From: Cetorhinus maximus
Taxonomy: Eukaryota
Assembly (NCBI RefSeq): GCF_964194155.1
Contig: NC_135893.1
Location: 60,140,001-60,204,000, forward strand
DNA length: 64,000 bases
Reading direction: 5' to 3'
Below are positions 13,243 to 25,300 of the stretch, piece by piece. A program made the position numbers and the translations under genes. Every line of letters begins with the position of its first letter. Within the stretch, counting starts at the first letter, position 1. The notes under the pieces were generated by a model, which had not been told where the DNA came from, did no database searches, and saw only the letters and a program-made list of their open reading frames with translations.

Positions 13243-13331
13243 AATGAAAGGTTATCAACCTGCAATGTAAACTCCGGTTTTTCTCTCCACAGATGCTGCC
13301 TGCCAGATTTTCCCAGCATTTTCTATTTTCG
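13243..13331 (+). mobile_element. PLE family A 3'-end fragment, truncated and degenerate hammerhead
   Basis: ATGAAAGGTTATCAACCTGCAATGTAAACTC…CACAGATGCTGCC…CCAGCATTTTC. Confidence 0.6.
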
Positions 13332-13611
13332 TACTACATCATGCCCCTAAGTATGAACTTATCTGTATCAGGTTGACGGTTCTTTTCACAACCTTATTTT
13401 AATTAGATCTTAAACTTTAACCCTTGAAGAAAAGAAACCCAACCTTGCTTAGCCTTTCCTCAACTCACACATATCAACTTAATGCTCATCTCAGTACCGG
13501 CTCAAGGGCAAAAGAGGGTTATTGTTTAGTGCCTAGAACTGTATGGGTAAACACCAAACAGATTATTTGACAATTAAATGGTACACAAAGGAGTGATGTT
13601 CAAACTCCACC

Positions 13612-13617
13612 TTTATT
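13612..13617 (-). terminator. Candidate distal E4F1 polyadenylation signal
   Basis: TTTATT on + is AATAAA on -, at the end of a TE-poor 2.4-kb stretch below the E4F1 stop; other candidates near 14410 and 14669. Confidence 0.4.
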
Positions 13618-16006
13618 TGCGGTCAACCAGGTCACATAGTGAGGTGCCAGTGAGGATCAGCAAAGTAGTTATCTTGACACATGCCTTGAATACACTGAAA
13701 ATAAAACATTAAATTAATATAAAAGGATGAAATTCTCATACAGAACCACATGGCATATTCATTCATAAAATACATCCGTTCCACAGAGCATGTCCCATGT
13801 CCAGGACACCGTAATGCAGCAGCCCTTGCTGGTGGGAATGCCCCAATGCAGCAGTTAGCCATTGCACTCACAAACAAGAGTGAAAAAAAATGTCCGTCAG
13901 CAGGAAGATCCTGCAGTAGAGTTAAGCACATCTGTGCCTATTCTAAACTCTGCTACCCATATTGAGTTTTAGTTCCTGAAACAGTGACCCTGTGAATGGG
14001 CAATTATCTGTACTCCAGGCACACAGTTCATTACCAAGTAGCAAAAGCACTGTTGGCAATATCTAAAAGGAATACTTTACAATCTATACAATGCTAACAT
14101 AATCTTTCTGCTATGAAAAGCTTGACAGGTAATCTCTGAAGGGACACATACCTTGCATCACGTTGATCTGTCACATGCAATTTGTTTTTTTGTCACAATC
14201 CAGTTAGTTTTGTTCATACTTAAGGCCACTTTCTGCAGATATACCCGTCTGTTTTCCAAAATAAGTTTAAAAGTCCTCCACATTTGTGAAAAACGTCCCT
14301 GAAACAACTACCTAAATATTATTCATAAATGCATTATTTGATTAAATGAACTGTTAAATGGGGTAGAAAACATGCTGTTATAGAGAATCGGTTTAAAAAA
14401 TCCTGCATTTTTATTTACAGCGAGATAGGCAACTCTCGAATCTTATTTACAACAGAGGCAGTTAGCGGTGGATGGCCTGGAAAAGTACAAGTAAGCTCAT
14501 TATGTACATGCAACAAACTATCACACAATATAAAAACAGCACTCCATCATGAAGAGTCCTGTACATATAACGGAAGTAGAAGTACCACATCCAGTTTAAC
14601 AGTCTCAAGGAAAGCAGAATCACTGTCAGGGCCATTGGCTCATATGTTGCAATAACCAATATTCCATTTTTATTACAAAGGGTTCTGAGGTCTTTAACCA
14701 AGATATTGGGGATCAAATTCTTGAATTCTAGTTTCCCGTGGCTCTGTTCACTATACTTCACATTCCTGGCGCAGAAATGAAAATAAATTCTTGTCCTTTT
14801 AAGAGATGAAACGAGAGGGTGCAGGATTCTCTTCAGGATTCCAACAGAGTTCAGAGGTGAGTGCCACAAGGTATCATTTATCAAAGGAATGAGTAATCCA
14901 ATGATACTTAATGCACAGAGCTACTCTTTGCCAAGATTGTTACTCCAAGTTCCCATCACTGCAGCTGAAATAGCAAGACAGAAACTTGTCACAACTATTT
15001 CATGAATCGTTTTTTAAATAAATGAGTCGACAAAGGTTGCATCAAATCAAGTGTCCTGCTGGGAACAGCTCTGAACTACATTTGGTTTCTTGCATTTGAA
15101 TTCTTCCATTAAAAGAATAGAGTTTTCAGTTTCACCATTACGTGAACATGAGCTGTGATTGGGAATGAAACCCACGCTGGAGGGGCCCTAGAGATCTTTT
15201 AATCAAATCTGTTTCTCAATTTCTTTTTACTACCAATCATAAATGTCAGTTTCTCACAATTGCCTGCCTGGTGCCACCCTCCCCTCCTAGACTAGTGTTT
15301 TATTTTCCAGTCCTTACTGATACCTCATTGATTTAATATCTAAACAACCCTTGATAAAGCAATTGAATCTTAAATAAGGCAGAATAACTAGAGCATTAAA
15401 CTCAGCTCCACGTGTGTAATAGAAGGGAAGGGGCCTGTTTTCATCACAAGGTATGTATTTACAGAAAACAAGGGGGTGAGGTAGGAGAAAGCAAAGAATC
15501 GGACACACAGAGTAACTGCGAGGAGAAGCTCAGCTGTTGGTCAACACTAATCCAGTTTATCAGCCCATCACATTGTCTCTTCCTGCCCTGCTCTCACCAT
15601 CAGCAGACTACCTGTGGGCACAGACCCATCACTGATGTCACTGCCCAGTAACTGGGTCACATATCAACTCCATCCCCTGGGTACAAGTGCTAAATAGACT
15701 GCTCAGTCACAGTACGAAGTAACTGGATATCTCAGCACAATCAGTTGCAAACTGGCTCACAGCTTGAGTGATGCAGGAAGACCTTAAGCTCAAGTTTCAT
15801 TAATATAATTTAATACAATCAATATTGACACGCATCAATCTGTGGCTTGGAAAGCGACCTTTACATGGAGCTACCAGGCATCGAGTTCCTGGCGTGAAGC
15901 ATTGACCCGTAGTGCAGTATTCAGGGTTCTTGCATCCACCCTATGAATTATTTCTTTTCCCTGAGTAGTGATGTGGGGAGGGTCAGTAAGAGCTCCCGTC
16001 ATTCAT

Positions 16007-16351
16007 TCATTCACCCACCACCACTGTTTGTATTTCCACATCTCCATCCTGGGTAGCAATCATGTATTCATCAGCGTGTTCCAGCATCTCAATGTCATCA
16101 GCTCCCACCATAGTGACAGTGTCGTGGCTGGTCTCCAGGCTGCTATTGGTCGTCAAGGCCTCTCCTTCCTCGATGCTGGAGGCCAGAGTCATTGCAACCT
16201 GCTCGGTGAGGCTATCAGGGGTTGCTATGGTGATTGCATCCGCTATTTCCTCATTGCTGTCTTCCATGGAAACATTTTGGACAATGATCTGATGGCCAGA
16301 GTTGGCCTGGTTCACGATTTGCTGCACAACTTTCATGATCTGGTTGTCAAC
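16007..16351 (-). CDS. E4F1: E4F1 exon 14 (last)
   Basis: [13 protein letters not shown]…[24 protein letters not shown]…EIQTVVVGE*. Confidence 0.95.
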   Translation of the reverse strand, partial: VDNQIMKVVQQIVNQANSGHQIIVQNVSMEDSNEEIADAITIATPDSLTEQVAMTLASSIEEGEALTTNSSLETSHDTVTMVGADDIEMLEHADEYMIATQDGDVEIQTVVVGE

Positions 16352-19300
16352 CTGAAAAGAAAGTCAAGAAAGCAGAACACCAGAAACATTAATGCCAGAG
16401 AGGCCAAATAGAAATATTTAAATAATAAGTAGTAAAATCAAAACTGTAAACCCGGGAAATGACCGATTCTCTCTCTTCTGGAGTCAAAGAGCAACCAGAA
16501 ACCACCAACCTGGTGCTTAGAGCCTTGGATCAGAGTGCCCATATCACTGCTTCCAGCAACTTCAGCAGGACCCTGGCAAAGAAACACAAAAATAAAAGGA
16601 ATGTTGAATATGACAGCTTTACAAAAGTTACCACCAGCTCAGAAGACATACACATTGCTGCCCAAATGCAAATCACACCTACATCACTGCCTCAATGCAA
16701 TTAACATGTACCCACAGCTATCCTCACACACACACATTACATGTGGACTGATAATCCGCACACAACTCTTATGCACAGTAATAACCACACACATGCAATT
16801 CACATGTACAGTAATAACCCACACATAACATGTACACTAACCCACAAGCAACTGATGCAAACTAATAACAAATGTTCCCTCAAATTTCACTTTGCTGTGC
16901 ACAGCCATTTGTTGCGCTTTGTAGTTCCTTTACAATTGGTGTGCAGTTGTACTTGGGCACATCTTCAAGGGACCGCTTCACGTGCGTCGTCTGTTTGCCC
17001 TTGCACAGCCAGGGGTCCATGCAGCTCAGTGGGAATGTTGCTAATAACACACAAGCTATCAAGTACACCAATGTTGTCACAACTCACGTGTACACTGACA
17101 CATAGATCATGTACACTAATAACCTACGCAGAGATGTGTACTGCTGCCCCATGCAACACATCATGCTCGGCTACACTTGAGGGAGATCAATGGCTGTACC
17201 ACTGCTACCATTCTTCAGAAGTGTGGTGAAACCCAGTGTTTTTGAATGTTGCGAGTGCCCCAAGTACCTCAATAATATACTCCTGTGTATTGGCCACCAC
17301 CGAAGAGAACTCCACCAGCACCGTATGGGGGTCATCAGTGATGATAGTTGCAGCAACGCTATCTGTGGACTGGTCTGGTGACACCTCCAACTGGTCCAGT
17401 TCTTTACACCCAACATGACAACCTCCTCCAGAGAGAAGAAAAACACATTAATTTCAGACAGATTACATTCAGTAATTCAGCCCTTGAGCCTGCTCAGTTA
17501 GATTATGGCCGATATTTATCTTAACTTGGTTCTGTAATCCTTAATACACTCCTCTAACAAAATCTATCAACCGCAATTTTTGGGGGGGGAAAGTGTGTTC
17601 CAGATTTCCACTATCCTCTGTGTGAAGTAGTGCTTCCCGACTTCACCTAAGATTGGCCTGGCTCTAATTATAAGATTATGCCCCCTTGGTTCAGTACTCA
17701 GAATCACAGAATTGTGACAGCGCAGAAGGAGGCCATCCGGCCCATCAGGTCTGCTCCAGCTCTCCGAATGAGTATTATGACTTAAGAACATAAGGAGGAG
17801 GAGGCCATTTGGCCCCTCAAGCCTGCCCCGCCATTCAATAAGATATGGCTGATCTGCCCCAGGCCTCAACTCCTCTTTCACGCCAGCTCCTCATAGCCCT
17901 CATCTCCCCGATATTTCAAGAATCTATCTACCTCCTCTTTAAATACTTTGTGATCTAGCCTCCACAACTCTCTGGGGTAGAGAATTCCAGATATTCACTA
18001 CCCTCTGAGAAAAGAAATTCCTTCGCATCTCAGTTTTAAATGAGTGTCCCCTCATTCTGCAATTATGTCCCCTAGTTTGAGGTTCCCCCACGAGTAGAAA
18101 CATCTCAACATCTACCCTGTCAAGCCCCTTTAGAATCTTGTACATTTCAATAAGATCACCGTTCATTCTTCTGAACTCTAATGAATAAAGGCCTAACCTG
18201 TTTAGCCGTTCTTGATAAGTCAACCCCTTCATCCCAGGAATCAGCCTAGTGAATCTCTTTTGAACTACCTCCAATGCCAGTATATCCTTTCTTAAATAAG
18301 GGGACAAAAATGTACACAGTGCTCCAGGTGCGGCCTCACCAAAACCCATTCTCCTGCCTTTTCCCCGTACTGTTGCACATTTGTTTCTATGCAAATAATC
18401 ATCTAATGCCTTGAATGACTCAACTGAACCTGCCTCCACCACACTTCCAAGCAGTGCCACTCACTGCGTGAACAAGTTGTTCCCCCCCATCACATTTGCT
18501 TCTTTTGCTAATCAATTTAAATCTGTGCGCTCTCGTTCTCGATCCTTTTACAAGCGGGAACAGTTTCTCCCCATGGGCCTAAGTGCTGGAAAATGGGATT
18601 AGAATAGTTAGTTACTTGTTTGACCGGCAAAGACTCGATGGGCCGAAGGGCCTTTTTCTGTGCTGTAAACCTCTATGACTATGAGGGAAATTTTTTTACT
18701 CTGAGTGGTTAGGATCTGGAATGCACTGCCTAGGGATGTGGTTGTCGTAGATTCTAATACGGCTTTCAACAGGGTATTGGATAATTATCTGAAGGAAAAT
18801 AATTTGCAAAGCTCTGGAGAAGGCAGGGGAGTGGGAATAGCTGAATTGCTCTTAGAGAGCCAGCATGGATACAATGGGCCAAAGGGCCTGTTTCAGTGCT
18901 GTAACTATTCGCAGATTCTAATAACCAGGGAGTTTTTGCAGCTCCCAGCAAAACCATTAGATTTCAGCTGTCTATGCTTTAGAGTCTTGAGTTTCCTCCC
19001 AAAATTTCCCCAATTCTCTACCTCTCTCTGCTTCTTTAAGGTCTCCTTAAAACCCACCTCTTTGACCAAATGTTTGGTCATTTGTCCTAAAATCACCGTG
19101 TCAACTTTTGCCTGATTATTCTCCTGTAAAGCACATTGGAACATTTCATTACATTAGAAGGACCATATAAATGCAAGTTTCTGTTATTAAAAATAGTGAC
19201 TGGATCTTAAGACCAATTTAAGCAAATGGCAGACGCAAATTGTTAAATTCCAATCCCACCCAGTGATGCCCTCCATCCCTACCAGGTGCCCACCTGATTT

Positions 19301-22300
19301 CACACCCACCTTTGGCACGTAAATGTCGATTGAGGGTCCCATGTTCAGCAAAGCCTCGACCACATTTGTAGCACGTGAATGGCTTCTCTCCTGTGTGGAG
19401 TCGCACATGTCGGATGAGGGAGCCCTTTTCTCGAAATGCCCGGGTACAGTAGTCACAAGCAAACGGCTTGTCCTCGGAGTGTGTCCTCAAGTGAACTTGC
19501 TGTGCATTCTGGGAAAAGAGATATAACCATTAGTAAACAGATCTCTCTGCATTGCATAGAGTCACCACTGAATGTACAAAGAAAATAAACTTGAATTTAT
19601 ATAGTGCCTTTCACAACCTTAAGCCATCCCAAAATGCACTTCAGCCAGAATTGTAGTCACTGTAGTAAACACACAATCAATTTGCGCACAGCATGCTCCC
19701 ACAGTGTGTTAAGGAACAGATAATTTTTTTAATTACATTGAATGAGGAATAAATATTGGCCAGGATACTGGGGATAAATCCCCTGCTCTTCTCTGTAATA
19801 GTGCCAGAGATTACATCCACTTGATTATAATCAGAACATAGAGAGATAACAATCCAAACACAAAGTCAGAGCTATAATCGGAGTATGGACAGAGATTGGG
19901 ATACAATTAATTGTAAACAAGCAAAATTACAATGTAACTTAAAAGAGACTAGTACGATTTTGACCTACGGACAGAAAGGACTAAATCCAAATTAGAGAGG
20001 TGAGTAGCTACAACTGGAATGCAGAGATGCAAAGTTACAACTAGAACATAGCTGTAATCAGAAGTTGCTTTGATGCAATCAGAATGTCAGAGTGTGCTAT
20101 GATTGCACCGATTGCACTATAATCAGAAACTAGAGATACAATAAGGCTACAACTAAACATGCACAGACAGGTCTGTGACAGGAATGTACAAGAAGAACGG
20201 GTGACAGTCAAAGCACAGAAATACGCTAGCCACAGGACAGCCAGTCTAAGCTATGATCAAACGGAGAGCAAGACTGGGCTACAATCAAATGTGCAGACAG
20301 ACAGGTCTACTCCAATGCTGCACTCATTAAGTCTCAGTGACACGGTGTATAAGATTTCTCAAATTCTTTTAAGATGGTGCTTCTACAATGCTAATCATCA
20401 GATTATTCACAATGATTATCCAGGGATTATACAAGGAAAGTAGGCCATTCGGCCTATCTAGCTGACAGTTCCATATAAGCGTTTGATCACTGATTACACC
20501 ATCTAACTGCCACTCGCATGACTTCAAAGATGTTGCCTTCAGTATCCCATCCAGAGGCTGAAACTTACATTCCACATGGCTGCTCTCACACAAAATATCA
20601 AATCCGAAGCAAATCATTAATGCATATGGAATTCCCCAATGTTCTCATATAAAGTGGATGATCGGAGTCAAGCCAGTTCTGAAACAGCCTTGGTCATCTT
20701 ATCAGGTGCCTATATAGGTGGCAATTCTGTTTCAGAGGGTAGCACTCTCATTCTGAATCTGAAGTTTCTGGTTTTAAGACGGAGTCCTGAGACTTGGGCA
20801 CAAAAGTCTCTCTGATACACCCAGTGCAGTGCTGCACTATCATAGGTACCATCTTTCCAATAAGACATAAAAGATTCCATTACTATTTTGAGCAGTGGAG
20901 TTCACTCCAGTGTCCTGGCCAATAGTTATCCCTTAACTAGCATCACTTAAACAGATTATGCAGTTATCATCACATGGCTGCTTATGGGATCTTGCTGTGT
21001 GCAACTGACTGCCATGTTTTCTAATTACAAATGACTACACTTCAAAAGGACTTTTATTGGGTGTGAAGTGCTTTTGGACATCCCAAGTCAAGACAGTCAC
21101 TATAAGAATGCAAGTCTTTCTTTCGCACAGTTAAACATGTCATGGTACTGGTTTACATGTCATCCTGTTATTGTGCTGTCTCTCTGACCTTGGTCTTGTA
21201 TCTTTTGCCACATTTTGGGCATGGGTATGGCCGATCATCCGAATGTGCCCTCATGTGTTCCTTTACATGGGCAATGCTCTTGTACAGTTTGCCACACTCC
21301 CCACATTTGAAGCGCCGCTCATTGTAGTGAGACTCCAAGTGCTTCCTCAGAATGTAGGCCGTCATAAACTCCTTCTCACACAGCTCACACCTGTGGGGCT
21401 TGTAACCTGGAAAAACATAGGTCAGGCTTAGCAAATATCTATTAGTCATGCTGCACAGCCCGATAATGGAGACCACGGAAGCTTGGGCTCTCCCTCAACT
21501 CTTTCTACTCATGGTCACAGCAGAAAGTCAACTTCAGGGGCTGACCCACATCTCCTATGATTTCAAACTGAAAATTATCAATGGGACTGTGCGCTAGAGA
21601 CTAATTCCCCCTTTAACCCTGTGTTAAACTCACCCTATCCATACTGAAAGACAACATGTTCCAGAATGTCGTCTGCGTAGGGTCATTGATCTCTCACTAT
21701 CTCTATACTGCATCTTTACAGATCAGTGCATTGATCCTCCACCATCCTGTCCAGCCTTCATTATCCAAATATACAAAAATAGGTGGCCAGAGATCCAGTG
21801 AAGTAAATGCACAGCATCAGAACTGAGCAGCCAATGCAGTAAATGCACAGTAGCAAGCAGTTGGGAAGCTACTGTGGTAAGAGAACAGCTGTGGCTGCAT
21901 CAGTATCCAGTGCAGCATATTCCATTCCTGGCATTAGGGAATCTTAATTTAACAATAACATGCATTTGTAAAATACTTTTACCAGAGTAAAGCATTCTAA
22001 GGCACTTCACAGGAGCAATTATTTGACCTTGAGCCACATAAAGAGATATGAGGACCTGCCAATAAGGTATGTTTTAAGGAGCGTTAAAAAGGAGGAAATA
22101 GAGCCAGTGAGATTTAGAGGGAATTCCAGAGCTTTGAGCCTCAGTAGCTGAGGGCACTACCACCAATGGTGGAGCAAGAAAATCAGGGATGCGCAAAAGG
22201 CCAGAATTGAACTGAGTGCAGAGGTCTCACAGGGTTGTAGGAGGTTATAGAGAAGTGACTGTATGTCAGGGGACTAAATTGACTTTTACCACCATGTTAA

Positions 22301-25300
22301 ATTTGGTAAGAACACATGCTGAAAGGCAACAATAAAACAACATTGTGACCCCCATATGTCAGTGCTCAGTTAGTGTTCCATTTATTCTCTACACTTTCTC
22401 TCATGTAGGGTCAATGCATTGTGATCTTGTTAAACACAAGACCAATAAGGCAGCATAACCTAACAATCATATTCACGATCATGGTTAATACAGGACTGAA
22501 GCACTCACTTATATCATACCTCAGGTATGAAGCATGGAATCTGGCTGCAAAGGGAGTGCTATGAGCAAAGTAGATAACCTGGATTTGCAGACAAACTGAA
22601 TCAGAGGGCGACAGCAACACCCTACTCCTTCAATGTCCAGACCAGCACATATGGTAAAGGCAGCATCCACACATTGACCAGCAGAGAGCTGCATTGATGG
22701 GCTCATCGAGAGAGAAGGGACTGAAAGACACGGTGATAAGTTGGGATTGATCAATGAAGAACGAACAGAATTATTGGAACTAATTGTCTTGTTTAATTCC
22801 TAAAATTTCTACTGAGTATCTGAAGATATGTTTAATTGAGTGACCCTCTGTGATCTCTACACTCCTCCCAACTCTGGCCTCTTGCATATCCCCAATTTCC
22901 TTCCCTCCACCATTGACCTTCAGCCATCCCAGCCCCAAAATCTAAAATTACCTTCCTAAACCTCCCTGCCTCTCTCCCCTACAACCACAGAAAAGTTAGG
23001 ACACAGAAAGAGGCCATTCAGACCATGGTGTCTGCACCAGCCAAAAAAGAGAAAAAAAAACCAGCCATTCATTTTTAATCCCACTTTCCAACACCTGGTC
23101 CGTAGCCTTGCAGGTTACAGCACTTCAGGTGCAGATCCAGATACTTTTAAATGAGTTGGGTGCTTCAGCCTTAACCACCAATTTAGGCAGTGAATTCCAG
23201 ATGCCCACCACCCTCTGGGTGAAAAAGCTTTTCCTCATGTCCCCTCTAATCCTTCTACCAATCACCTTAAATCTATGCCCCCACCCCCCCCGACCCCTCA
23301 GCTAGGGAAACAGATCTTTCCTGTCTACCCTTTCTAGGCCCCTCATAATTTTGTACACCTCAATTAGGTCACCCCTCAGCCTCCTCTGTTCTAAGGAAAA
23401 CAACCGAAGCCTATCCAATCTTTTCTTATAGCAGCAATTTCCAAGCCTTGGCAACATTCTTGTAAATCTCCTCTGTACTGTCACCAGAGCAATTATGTCC
23501 TTCCTGTAACGTGGTGACCAGAACTGTCCAAAACTCCAGCTGTGGCCTAACCAGCATTTTATACAATTCCATCATGACATCCCTGCTTTTGTCTTCAATA
23601 ACTCACCCAATAAAGGAAAGCATTCCATATGCTTTATTTACCACCTTATCCACCTGCCCTGCCAACTTCAGGAACTTGTGGACATGCACTCCAAGGTCCC
23701 ACACTCAAACCCTCTCAATATCCTCCTGTTTATTGAGTATTCCCTTGCTTTGGTTACGCTCCCCAAATGCATTACCTCACATTTTTCCAGATTGAATTCC
23801 ATTTGCCACTTCCCTGTCCACTCAACCAAACCATTAATATCTTTCTGGAGACAACAGCTATCCTCTTCAGTATCAACTACACAGCCAATTTTTGTGTCAT
23901 CTGCAAATTTGTGTCATCTGCAAATTTTCCAATCATGCCTTTCACATTTAAGTCCAAATCATTAATATATACGGCAAACAGCAAGAACCTCAACACTGAG
24001 CCCTACGGAATGCCACGAAAAACCACTTTCCATTCACAAAAACATCCATCAACCAGAACCATTTGTTTCCTGTTGCTGAGCCAATTTTGGATCCAACTCT
24101 CCGCCTTTCTCTGTATCCCATGGGATCTCACTTTTCTGACCGGTCTGCCATGTGGGACCTTGTCAAGTGTCTTAATAAAATCCATCTAGACAACATCCAC
24201 TGCACTACCCTCATCAATCCTCCTTGTTACTTCCTCAAAAAATTCTATTAAGTTAGTAGGACACAATCTTCCGCTAACAAAACCATGCTGACTCTCCCTG
24301 ATAAATTTGTGCCTTTCTAAGTGATAGTTTATCCTGTCTCTCAGAATTGATTCCAATAATTTGCCCACCACTGAAATCAGACTGGCCGGCCTATAATTTT
24401 CTGGCTTGTCCCTCGCATCCTTATTAAATATTGGTACAACGCTTGCAGACCTCCAATCCTCTGGTACCTCGCCTGCATCTAGTGAGGATTATAAAATGAT
24501 CCTCAGAGCATCTGCTATTTCTTCCCTGGCTTCCTTTAACAACCTAGGAGACAAACCATCTGGCCCTGGTGATTTATCCACCTTCAAGGATGCCAGTCCC
24601 TCCAGTACTTCTCCTCTCATTATGCTTATTGTATCTAATATTTCATACTCCTCCTCAACTAGAATGTCTGCATCATCCCTCTCCTTAGTGAGGATAGAGG
24701 CAAAGTACTCAATGCCCACTGCCCACATCTTCAGCATCAACACACAAGTTACCATGTACATCTCTGATAGGCCCTACTCTTTTTTAGTTATTCTCTTGCT
24801 CTTAATGTACTTCTAAAACATCTTAGGGTTTTCTTTGATTATGCCTTCCAATATTGTTTTGTATCCTCTCTTTGCTTTTCTAATTTCCTTTTTTACTTCA
24901 CCCCTGTACTTTCTAGGCTCCTCTACGTTTTCTATAGCATTAAGCTTTTTATGACTGTCATAAGCTCTCTTTTTTTTTTGCTTTATCTTACCCTGTATGC
25001 TTCTCGATAACCAGGGGGCTCTAGATTTGGCAGTACCACCCTTTTTCTTTGTGGGGACGTGTCTACATTGTGCCCATAGAATCTCACTTTTGAATACCTC
25101 AAACTGATTTGACACCGTTTTCCCTTGCAGTAGCTGTATCTAATCCATTTTTGCCAGTTCACCTCTCAGCTTTGTAAAATTTGTCTTCCCCAAATTTAGA
25201 ACTTTTGCTCCTGTTCTATCTTTGTCCTCTTTCATAATGATACTAAATCTAACTATTATAGTCACTATCTCCAAAATGGTCACCCAATGCTACTTCATCC

